Origin: a virus
Taxonomy: Duplodnaviria; Heunggongvirae; Uroviricota; Caudoviricetes
Virus record (IMG/VR): IMGVR_UViG_3300042154_003418
Span: 40,218-104,217 of that record
DNA length: 64,000 nt
Reading direction: 5' to 3' (one strand)
The notes beneath the pieces are model-generated. The model was given only the letters and a program-made list of their open reading frames with translations. It did no database searches and had not been told where the DNA came from. This document shows positions 57,666-64,000 of this stretch, piece after piece. Numbering within the stretch: the stretch's first letter is position 1; each line of letters starts with the position of its first letter. Position numbers and translations under genes: made by a program.

Positions 57666-59042
57666 TTAAAGCACTTCTGCTTCGAGGGCTTGAATGTAAT
57701 CAATCACAGCTTCGGAGAAACCAGTAATGGTTTCCCACTCAGCACTGTTGATGCCATTCTGATAAGAACCAACGTTCAGGATGTAGTTTTTGTCACGGGA
57801 CAAACGCTTGGCTTTGTGAGGTTCGAAACCTCGGCCACCTGTGTCTTGTTCATCTGTAAACACGATTACTCGGTCTACAAAATTATCATGTTCTTGGCTG
57901 GCGATATAGTCCATAGCTTGCACTAAGAAGATACCGCCACCGCCGATTTTTCGGCCGACCTCTGCACTGCGGATGTAGTCGCTGAGTGCAAAACCACGTC
58001 GATTTGGAATCAACATAGTTGCATGTTTGCGAGTACCATCATTACCGGCTGTTGCGTAGATAACTACTTCTTCGCAGATTTCTCGTGCCAAGATAGCCAG
58101 TGAACAAGCAGCATCAAGACGAGAAATCTCGCTTTTAGCGCTTATTGTTTGCCCCATAGAGCCGCTAGTGTCAACCACCAAAACTGTACGTCCTGGTAGT
58201 TTAGCTTGTGTTGACAAGCTTGCTAGCATCATGCGCTCAAGCATACCCTCAAATTGAGGGACTTGACGGGCCGCAGAAATGTACCGGAAAGGCAACACTT
58301 TTGAAGCGTCAATGGTTTTTGAGTAAGCCTCAATCTCGGACTGAGAAATACCTGCTTGAGTCATGTTACGCAAGTTACGTAAGAATGCTAGTGCACCCAA
58401 TTTGTTTTCACGCATAAGACGTGAGAATGTTTCACGCTTATCAGCGCCCGCACTTAGTTGAGTTTCCCAGGTATCTGGAGTTTCCAACTTGTCTTCAGCA
58501 ATTCGTTTGAATAGCTCGGCTTGCACAGCCGTTTGCGGTTTAGGGTGGCTCAGGAACATAACATCACGCAAGCGAATCGCTGCTGAGTTTTTGTCCCACT
58601 TGGCCAGCTGATACTCGCTGAACTTGTTAAAACAAGCAGCAAGACCACGTTTAACCTGATTGCTCAGGGCTGACTTGCCGTCTTTCCAGTAAATGCTCAG
58701 GAATTCAGACATTTCGTCTGGACGCTGAATAACACTGGTAAGGGCATTTGCTTGTAGTTTACCGTGACGTGCGAGTTCACGAACAAGCAGCAGAGGAACG
58801 TGACGAAGTTTGAACTTAGTACGAGCCTCTAGTGCTAGTGCGGCAACCCGATCAGGGTTCACACTAGCTACCACGCTTTTAATCAGTTCAGCATGGCTTT
58901 TTCCATCAACATAAAACTGGTCTTCCCACAGCATTGCTGCCAGGGTCAAGCGACGCAGTTGTCGTTCTGGATTAATAGTGCGTACTGGAGTACCAACACT
59001 GTTAACAGTCATTGAAGCGGATTTGCGATTAATCGCGGACAT
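57666..59042 (-). CDS. rsr: Ro60/Rsr-like protein (TROVE-like N-terminal region + C-terminal von Willebrand A domain)
   Basis: C-terminal vWA MIDAS motif VLVVDTSGSMG with downstream T and D residues. N-terminal LRRLTLAAMLWEDQFYVDGKS parallels the Ro60 RFLCFGSEGGTYY region. About 460 aa. Embedded among tRNA and tRNA-like genes. Confidence 0.6.
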   Translation of the reverse strand: MSAINRKSASMTVNSVGTPVRTINPERQLRRLTLAAMLWEDQFYVDGKSHAELIKSVVASVNPDRVAALALEARTKFKLRHVPLLLVRELARHGKLQANALTSVIQRPDEMSEFLSIYWKDGKSALSNQVKRGLAACFNKFSEYQLAKWDKNSAAIRLRDVMFLSHPKPQTAVQAELFKRIAEDKLETPDTWETQLSAGADKRETFSRLMRENKLGALAFLRNLRNMTQAGISQSEIEAYSKTIDASKVLPFRYISAARQVPQFEGMLERMMLASLSTQAKLPGRTVLVVDTSGSMGQTISAKSEISRLDAACSLAILAREICEEVVIYATAGNDGTRKHATMLIPNRRGFALSDYIRSAEVGRKIGGGGIFLVQAMDYIASQEHDNFVDRVIVFTDEQDTGGRGFEPHKAKRLSRDKNYILNVGSYQNGINSAEWETITGFSEAVIDYIQALEAEVL

Positions 59043-59073
59043 GGATTTTTCCTTGTAAATAAGTAAGAACTAG

Positions 59074-59120
59074 GCGAAACAGAGATTTTAGCGCTCTACC
59101 AACTGAGCTACTCGACACAC
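59074..59120 (-). ncRNA. tRNA 5'-half fragment (acceptor + intact D-arm) lacking anticodon and T arms
   Basis: The - strand reads gtgtgtcgag-ta-gctcagttggtagagcg, then diverges. Confidence 0.4.
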
Positions 59121-59125
59121 TAAAG

Positions 59126-59213
59126 TGCCAGAGGATGGACTCGAACCACCGACCTCTCGTTTAACAGACGAAGTAACTGTTTCTTTCACTATACCTAAAT
59201 TAAACACACTGGC
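59126..59213 (-). ncRNA. 88-nt tRNA-like RNA: acceptor + T-arm + GTT anticodon-like arm, with a 14-nt expansion in the D region. This is the 5'-side candidate Y-RNA-like (YrlA-type) element.
   Basis: Acceptor gccagtg / ctctggc (1 mismatch). T-arm ggtgg-TTCGAGT-ccatc. Arm ttcgt-CTGTTAA-acgag. Its 5' part is duplicated at 59330-59375. Confidence 0.4.
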
Positions 59214-59429
59214 TAAGAATCTGCGAAAGCAGTTCTTGGAATTGTTTAGCGTCTACATCGCCTAAGACGTTTGCACGGTTTAAAGTGTGTGGCTACCACA
59301 ATTTGTGTGCCACAAGGGCAGACAGCTTTAGTTATGAAGTAACTGACTTCTATCACTATAGCCAAAGTGTTTAATTTAAGTATAAATTATATCAAATATA
59401 ACTTACACTGGCAAGTTTGTATTTTTAGT

Positions 59430-59503
59430 GGTGGACATAGCAGGATTCGAACCGGCGACCTAGGCCGTATGAAGACCGTGCACTACCACTGTGCTATATG
59501 TCC
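59430..59503 (-). tRNA. tRNA-Met/Ile2 (anticodon CAT), second CAT tRNA
   Basis: Acceptor ggacata / tatgtcc. D-arm gcac..gtgc. Loop TTCATAC. T-loop TTCGAAT. CCA encoded. Confidence 0.7.
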
Positions 59504-59889
59504 AGGTGCCGGTTACATTCTCCGGCGGCACATTTCGTTGTGTCTGAAGACATTGACGCTGTTTAAAGTCCACGAGGGGGCATAGTCTGTAGCCATTAGG
59601 TAAACAGATACCTTTACTTGTGTGTTATTTTTGTGTCAGGAAACATCAAACCCCGTGAGAGCAGCCCATCTTGTTTTCGCTTCAGCGGACGCAGGGTGGT
59701 CAATATACTTACCACTGATTACAAGCCTGCAAATGACAATGTAGCGTGGTGCTTATATCCACACATAGACGGGATACACCGGCGAGTTTCCTCAGATAAG
59801 CAATCGTATCTATTGTCAAAAATATGGTGGCGAGCCAATGCCAGGTTTACCAGCTCACTATGCGGCTGCAGAAGTGCTGGAGGGCTAAT

Positions 59890-59960
59890 TTGGTTGCGGG
59901 GGAAGGACTCGAACCTTCTAAGCGGAGCTTATGAGACTTGCTTCTACCCTGACTCCCCGC
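59890..59960 (-). ncRNA. 71-nt degenerate tRNA-like gene: good acceptor, T-arm, CCA and a CUCAUAA loop, but no proper anticodon stem and a shortened D-arm
   Basis: T-arm gaagg-TTCGAGT-ccttc. Acceptor cgcgggg / cccgcaa. The loop ctcataa is flanked by non-pairing caagt/gctcc. Confidence 0.4.
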
Positions 59961-60111
59961 GATATTTTAGTAGTAGCCGTGGAATTCGTTTTTGTAACGA
60001 AACCAGGTACGCTCTAGCTCTTTTAACTGTGACCAAGTTTGTGGATTGTTGTCGGTGACAAAATCTTCAAAGCTATAAGGTTGCAGAGCTTTTTGTAGCT
60101 GAGCCAGTAAA

Positions 60112-60387
60112 TCACTTAGCATTCACAAACTCATAGAATTGCTTTGATTTGGCCAGTACTTCTCCAAAGTCAAAAGGCTTGGGCATAAACTTGGCAATCA
60201 TTTCGGAAGTGTTTTGACCTTTGCTGGCCAGACTTTCTTGCATTTCGGTAATGAACTCCATGTTGGAGGCGTACTCAGCTTGCATTAGCTCTGCGGTCAT
60301 TTTCAAGATTTCAAGACGAATCTCAAAAGGTGATTTATTACTCATTGTAGTTCCTGTGTTGTGATGTGTAAGGTGTAGGCTTTTCAC
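60112..60387 (-). CDS. hypothetical protein
   Basis: 91-aa ORF. Confidence 0.35.
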   Translation of the reverse strand: MKSLHLTHHNTGTTMSNKSPFEIRLEILKMTAELMQAEYASNMEFITEMQESLASKGQNTSEMIAKFMPKPFDFGEVLAKSKQFYEFVNAK

Positions 60388-60438
60388 CTACTTGGAGCGT
60401 TATTTCAGCTCATGTTTGGTACTGAGGGAGGAAGTGTT

Positions 60439-60512
60439 TGGTACCCAGTAGAGGTATCGATCCTCTGATTAACGCTTATCAAGCGTTTGTTATACCATTT
60501 AACTAACCGGGC
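60439..60512 (-). tRNA. tRNA-Ile (anticodon GAT)
   Basis: Anticodon stem aacgc/gcgtt, loop TTGATAA. D-arm gtta..aaca. CCA encoded. Confidence 0.8.
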
Positions 60513-60517
60513 GTATT

Positions 60518-60592
60518 TGGTACTCCGAACGGGTTTCGATCCCGCTTCTCCAACTTGAAAGGCTGGCGTCCTAGCCACTAGACGACCGGAGT
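60518..60592 (-). tRNA. tRNA-Glu (anticodon TTC)
   Basis: Acceptor actccgg / ccggagt. Loop CTTTCAA. T-arm cggg-ATCGAAA-cccg. Confidence 0.8.
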
Positions 60593-60773
60593 GTTTGCGT
60601 AAAGATTAATTATACAGAGATTAGGCTGCGTGTTCAAGACAATATTTATAAGTTTAACCCTAACCACGGGCGAGTATGAGTCGAGACGTGGGCCTATAGC
60701 AACTACTAGGTGGATTAGTCCGTTCGTAAAGGATTGGTAATCACTCCAACTTAGGGTCAAACTTATAAATACT

Positions 60774-60849
60774 TGGTGCAACCTACAGGAATCGAACCTG
60801 TTTCCATCGCTCTTCAGGCGACCGCTATGACCACATCAGCTAAAGTTGC
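60774..60849 (-). tRNA. tRNA-Phe (anticodon GAA)
   Basis: Acceptor gcaactt / aggttgc. Anticodon stem gtcgc/gcgat, loop CTGAAGA. T-loop TTCGATT. CCA encoded. Confidence 0.75.
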
Positions 60850-61068
60850 TTAAAATACTGGATTTTGTGCTTGCCATGTTTCTGCTTCATGACCATCACA
60901 GTCAATACGCCAAGGGCAAGTACTGAGAATTTGTGTTGAGCAATCGTCGTTACCCCAGCATACTGGAGGTTGAGTACCACGCAAGACTTTAATCTGCTTG
61001 TGCACTAAGTCACGACGATTTGCTAGATTGGCTTCTTTGTCTAGCAATACTTGAATTTCAGTCATATA
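60850..61068 (-). CDS. small Cys-rich protein (trimmed to avoid the tRNA overlap)
   Basis: The ORF track gives 60850..61236, which runs through tRNA-His and tRNA-Ser. The internal Met product MTEIQVLLDKEANLANRRDLVHKQIKVLRGTQPPVCWGNDDCSTQILSTCPWRIDCDGHEAETWQAQNPVF is more plausible. Confidence 0.35.
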   Translation of the reverse strand, partial: YMTEIQVLLDKEANLANRRDLVHKQIKVLRGTQPPVCWGNDDCSTQILSTCPWRIDCDGHEAETWQAQNPVF

Positions 61069-61074
61069 AACCTT

Positions 61075-61150
61075 TGGGCAGTCGTTACGGATTCGATCCG
61101 TTCCTACGAGTTTCACAGACTCGGGTGCTTCCACTACACTAAACGCTGCA
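61075..61150 (-). tRNA. tRNA-His (anticodon GTG), acceptor with a one-nucleotide bulge
   Basis: Anticodon stem cgagt/actcg, loop CTGTGAA. T region acggATCGAATccgt. 3' strand acgActgc pairs with gcagcgt. Confidence 0.65.
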
Positions 61151-61154
61151 TATT

Positions 61155-61241
61155 TGGCGGGAGATACAGGAATCGAACCTGTCAGCCTATTTCTAAACGA
61201 AGGCTTAGCAAGCCTCTGTTGCACCTTGCAACACATCTCCC
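61155..61241 (-). tRNA. tRNA-Ser (anticodon GCT), type II
   Basis: Acceptor gggagat / atctccc. Loop TTGCTAA. Long variable arm. T-loop TTCGATT. CCA encoded. Confidence 0.8.
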
Positions 61242-61355
61242 AGTACCATATTTGAGCATACTAACATCCACTTTTCGAACTTGTACTTTGTTCGCGAATA
61301 CGTGTAGTCTTGCAAAACCAGTGGTTGAACGCCAACTGTTAATATGCTCAAATAT

Positions 61356-61427
61356 GGTAGGACTGAAGGGTAACGATCCCTTTTCTACTGGTTAAAAGCC
61401 AGTTGCTTCACCTTAAAGCTTCAATCC
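61356..61427 (-). tRNA. tRNA-Lys (anticodon TTT), compact (about 68 nt before the 3' tail)
   Basis: Acceptor ggattga / tcagtcc. D-arm gctt-taaggtg-aagc. Anticodon stem actgg/ccagt, loop CTTTTAA. T-arm aaggg-ATCGTTA-ccctt. Confidence 0.65.
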
Positions 61428-61569
61428 CATTAACCGCCCCAACCTTCTCGGTTAAGTTTTCCGCGCAATTGCTTGTGCGATTTTTTATGAGAACCAGCAC
61501 CGTTGCGCTTTAACAACGCTAAATGCACATGGTTCCGAGGTTTTCGTGTTTTCATTATATTCCTAAAAT

Positions 61570-61647
61570 TGGTGGAGAATATCGGATTCGAACCGATCTG
61601 TGTCCTGCTTGCAAAGCAGGTGTCCACCCCAAGCAGACCCATTCCCC
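61570..61647 (-). tRNA. tRNA-Ala (anticodon TGC)
   Basis: Anticodon stem cctgc/gcagg, loop TTTGCAA. T-arm atcgg-TTCGAAT-ccgat. CCA encoded. Confidence 0.85.
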
Positions 61648-61653
61648 AAATTG

Positions 61654-61738
61654 TGGTGCGTCGAGAGAGACTCGAACTCTCAATCCTTTCGGCACTGGCT
61701 TCTAAGACCAGCGTGTATACCATTTCCACCACCAACGC
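61654..61738 (-). tRNA. tRNA-Leu (anticodon TAG), type II
   Basis: Acceptor gcgttgg / tcgacgc. Loop CTTAGAA. Long variable arm. T-arm gagag-TTCGAGT-ctctc. Confidence 0.75.
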
Positions 61739-61739
61739 A

Positions 61740-61934
61740 TTATACTTTAATGTCTACGTTTACGCCTTTAGTACTATCAACTGGTCTGTAGTAGACCGTT
61801 TGCTGTACAAACTGAGCACCATTGTTATCAACTTTGGTTGCGTAGACTATCTCACGTATTTTATCAAAATACGGAGTAAATGTTCTTGAAACGCTTTTTG
61901 TTTCCATATTGTTGTACCTACTGTTTGCTACCAC
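61740..61934 (-). CDS. hypothetical small protein
   Basis: 64-aa ORF between tRNAs. Confidence 0.3.
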   Translation of the reverse strand: MVANSRYNNMETKSVSRTFTPYFDKIREIVYATKVDNNGAQFVQQTVYYRPVDSTKGVNVDIKV

Positions 61935-62088
61935 ACCCGCTAAGGCATCGGCTTAGTTTTGCAAAGATTAATTACTTCTCGCTATATACTAGGCTCAAGG
62001 TATAGACAGTACTTATCTAGAAAGTAAAGTCACTTCTGCTTGTAAGGCTCCGAAACTAAATCAGAGACGCGCAATAGATACAACAATA

Positions 62089-62162
62089 TGGTCTCGATGG
62101 TAAGAATCGAACTTACGCTTCATGGTCCCAAACCACGGGTGATGCCATTTCACTACACCGAG
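62089..62162 (-). tRNA. tRNA-Pro (anticodon TGG)
   Basis: Anticodon stem cgtgg/ccatg, loop TTTGGGA with G37. T-arm gtaag-TTCGATT-cttac. CCA encoded. Confidence 0.8.
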
Positions 62163-62265
62163 ATAACCTTTTTGATAACTCAGAGCTGGTAATCTGAGAC
62201 ACTTTTTAGAACTGTGTGAAATCTACTGGAATACGCAAAACTGTCCAGTGCAACAAAGAATAATA

Positions 62266-62294
62266 ATTATACTTGAAAAAGCATTTAACCACAA
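62266..62294 (-). promoter_or_regulatory. T5-type early promoter (TTGTGG-17-TATAATTAT) driving the tRNA-Pro unit
   Basis: On the - strand: acttgtggttaaatgctttttcaagtataattat. Confidence 0.45.
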
Positions 62295-62378
62295 GTGTAA
62301 ATTTTTAAAGCCATAAGTTAACACACTAAACTAGTTAGGCTGCAATAGGAGCCATTGTTCATAGAGTGTGTTAAATTA

Positions 62379-62552
62379 TGGTGGATCGGGCAGGACTCGA
62401 ACCTGCGTCTCTATAATTCTATAACCCGTGGCCATGTATTCGAACTCAGGCTGAACTGTAGCTGATTACGCCGTTGCAGGGCCAGGGTCAACTATCTACG
62501 TTCAAAGGGTTATAGTCCGGATTTGCGCTTTCGCCACCTAAGCTACCGATCC
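62379..62552 (-). ncRNA. split/interrupted tRNA-like gene. Acceptor + D-arm at the 5' end and T-arm + acceptor + CCA at the 3' end are separated by about 120 nt instead of an anticodon arm.
   Basis: 5' ggatcgg-ta-gctt-aggtggcga-aagc. 3' gcagg-TTCGAGT-cctgc-ccgatcc-a-cca. The internal 9-bp helix ctataaccc / gggttatag encloses about 80 nt, which includes a second TTCGAAT box. Confidence 0.4.
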
Positions 62553-62636
62553 ATATAAAAGCACATTTAAACAGTCCTTCAACGCTAGTCGCTATCTCCC
62601 TTACTAGAGGGCGGAACAGTATGTGCTTTTATATGG
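62551..62636. repeat. 16-bp perfect inverted repeat enclosing 54 nt, immediately 5' (on the - strand) of the split tRNA-like gene
   Basis: ccatataaaagcacat ... atgtgcttttatatgg. Confidence 0.65.
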
Positions 62637-62643
62637 ATTCTAA

Positions 62644-62764
62644 CCATATATTAGCATAATCAATATTACCATGTTGACGCATGGCTTTTCGCAGTTCGTC
62701 AAAACCACCGAATAACGCACCGCGCCTTGCGATGCCATTACCCGTCAATTACGCTAATATATGG
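62644..62764. repeat. 12-bp perfect inverted repeat enclosing 97 nt, followed by a small hairpin (62765-62781)
   Basis: ccatatattagc ... gctaatatatgg, then tctccc-ttgc-gggagc. Confidence 0.6.
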
Positions 62765-62825
62765 TCTCCCTTGCGGGAGCCATAATCTATCATTTAAAGA
62801 ACAAATTATACAGGATTAACTACGA

Positions 62826-63026
62826 TCAGTCAACTGTATTTTTATAGACTCGAAGTGCTTCAGCATCTAAGCTGGCATAACTACGAAAGCTATCGCGACC
62901 TACTCGATCATAAAGATCATTTGCCATTTGTTCTAGCCGTACCAGTTGCTCGATGGTAATTTTCGTGCAATGAATATAACGGCTTAAGAAAGCATCTATA
63001 AGAAAGTCACGTGAATAGCCTGACAT
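62826..63026 (-). CDS. hypothetical small protein
   Basis: 66-aa ORF with the T5-type promoter ttgacg-17-tataatata at 63048-63076. Confidence 0.35.
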   Translation of the reverse strand: MSGYSRDFLIDAFLSRYIHCTKITIEQLVRLEQMANDLYDRVGRDSFRSYASLDAEALRVYKNTVD

Positions 63027-63038
63027 AAGTTCTCCAAA

Positions 63039-63383
63039 TCAGTCTATATTATAAAGCATTTCAGCTACTTCGTCAAGTGTCAAAACACGAATCTTAGTAT
63101 CACCACGCTCATTGGCCTGTTTTAGCCAATTTGCTAACACACTGTGCATTAGGCCACTCAAGTGGTAGTTGTTGTTATGGCAGCGGTATGTGCTACCACT
63201 ATACCCGTCGAATTCAAACCAGTCTTCAACTTTACGTGTAACAGTAATTCCTGAATTTAGTTTCCAGCTATTCGACCCAGTGTATCCGCCGTACCAGCCA
63301 GCAAATACTTTGCGTGTTGGGGTTTCCAGTTCAGGTGCGTCAAATTCTAACACAACCCAAACGTCTGGTGTGTATTCATTCAT
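63039..63383 (-). CDS. hypothetical protein
   Basis: 114-aa ORF. Promoter motif at 63407-63435 lies inside the hairpin aaatcaga...tctgattt. Confidence 0.4.
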   Translation of the reverse strand: MNEYTPDVWVVLEFDAPELETPTRKVFAGWYGGYTGSNSWKLNSGITVTRKVEDWFEFDGYSGSTYRCHNNNYHLSGLMHSVLANWLKQANERGDTKIRVLTLDEVAEMLYNID

Positions 63384-63447
63384 ATTATTTCTCCAAATCA
63401 GACTATATTATAATCTGATTTAAGCAAACAATCAAGTCTAAATTTCT

Positions 63448-63522
63448 TGGCCCGGCTAGCAGGAATCGAACCCACATTAAGGGCTTAGAAGACCCCTGTA
63501 TTATCCGTTATACGATAGCCAG
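63448..63522 (-). tRNA. tRNA-Arg (anticodon TCT)
   Basis: Acceptor ctggcta / tagccgg. D-arm gtat..atac. Anticodon stem ggggt/gccct, loop CTTCTAA. T-loop TTCGATT. CCA encoded. Confidence 0.75.
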
Positions 63523-63527
63523 ATTTG

Positions 63528-63980
63528 TTACATTGTTACTGGGCTATAAGGCACAAACAGCTCGTCATGCAACATTTGCTGCAGTTCAGGGTCCATGTAC
63601 TCAAAGTTGTCTGGAATGTTTAGCACAATTTGCTTTTGTTCAATTTGTGTTAGCAGCTCGTTGTGTCCCAAGAAGTTATCCTCAAGCTGCCACAAGTTTT
63701 CACGATTAACAAACACAATCTTTTCAGCCCAGCTAATCAAGTTGGCACTACAAGGCACTAGTGCGTAGTTGAAGTTTGAGCCGCAACTGCGAGCGTTAAT
63801 ACCACGCTGAACGGCCATAGCAGCACCAGTAGGACTGCGAAGCAATCCAGCACTGCAAACAAACAACCAGCGCGGAGCTTGGCCTTGATAAGGATTGCTG
63901 TAAGGTGCCGATGTTTTAAAGATTGTGTCATTTTTAGTTCCGGCTGCAAATTCGCGTAAGTTTGGATTAGTTGGATTCAT
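63528..63980 (-). CDS. low-molecular-weight phosphatase-like protein (CX5R P-loop)
   Basis: WLFVCSAGLLRSP fits the C-X5-R(S/T) P-loop of LMW protein-tyrosine phosphatases and ArsC. 150 aa. Confidence 0.45.
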   Translation of the reverse strand: MNPTNPNLREFAAGTKNDTIFKTSAPYSNPYQGQAPRWLFVCSAGLLRSPTGAAMAVQRGINARSCGSNFNYALVPCSANLISWAEKIVFVNRENLWQLEDNFLGHNELLTQIEQKQIVLNIPDNFEYMDPELQQMLHDELFVPYSPVTM

Positions 63981-64000
63981 GGTATTATGTTAGTTGTTTG

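Noticed and set aside
59367-60058. + strand ORFs 59367..59585 and 59618..60058
   Set aside because: They are antisense to - strand tRNAs (59430-59503, 59890-59960), are Cys/Arg-rich with low complexity, and have no RBS.
61430-61934. ORFs 61430..61735, 61503..61889, 61523..61705 and 61600..61791 in the six-frame track
   Set aside because: They run across or antisense to tRNA-Ala and tRNA-Leu and have no start context. Spurious.

Overview
This window reads as a segment of a large T5-like (Demerecviridae-style) siphophage genome. Coordinates 1-24250 are on the + strand. They carry a late/structural block with two giant tail-fibre proteins that end in S74 intramolecular-chaperone autoproteolysis domains, three tandem paralogous receptor-binding-type genes and a beta-propeller protein. 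A lysis cassette follows (i-spanin, o-spanin, GH19 endolysin), then an unusual cluster of about 9 small secreted or membrane proteins, then phoH. Coordinates 24289-51200 are on the - strand. They carry a Dps-like ferritin, a collagen-like protein, a single-subunit ribonucleotide reductase and a replication/recombination module in T5 gene order: dUTPase, D15-like flap endonuclease, SbcCD-like nuclease with a glutaredoxin, SF2 helicase, family-A DNA polymerase, primase, DnaB-like helicase, and an NAD-dependent DNA ligase split by a GIY-YIG homing endonuclease. After these come an SPFH/band-7 lipoprotein pair, many small early genes and a Ser/Thr phosphatase. Coordinates 51300-63520 are a tRNA island, all on the - strand, with roughly 23 canonical tRNAs and several degenerate, split or tRNA-like elements. 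Interspersed in it are a ClpP-like peptidase, an HNH endonuclease, a low-molecular-weight phosphatase-like protein and a 458-aa Ro60/Rsr-like (TROVE + vWA) protein. The most interesting candidate system is the Ro60/Rsr-like gene flanked on both sides by tRNA-like fragments and long hairpins, which are candidate Y-RNA-like partners. A family of 11-16 bp perfect inverted repeats with a CCATAT...AGCA core encloses 54-97 nt segments throughout the island. T5-type early promoters (TTGACA-N17-TATAATATA) recur upstream of the - strand genes. All calls come from reading the sequence and ORF translations; no database search was run.
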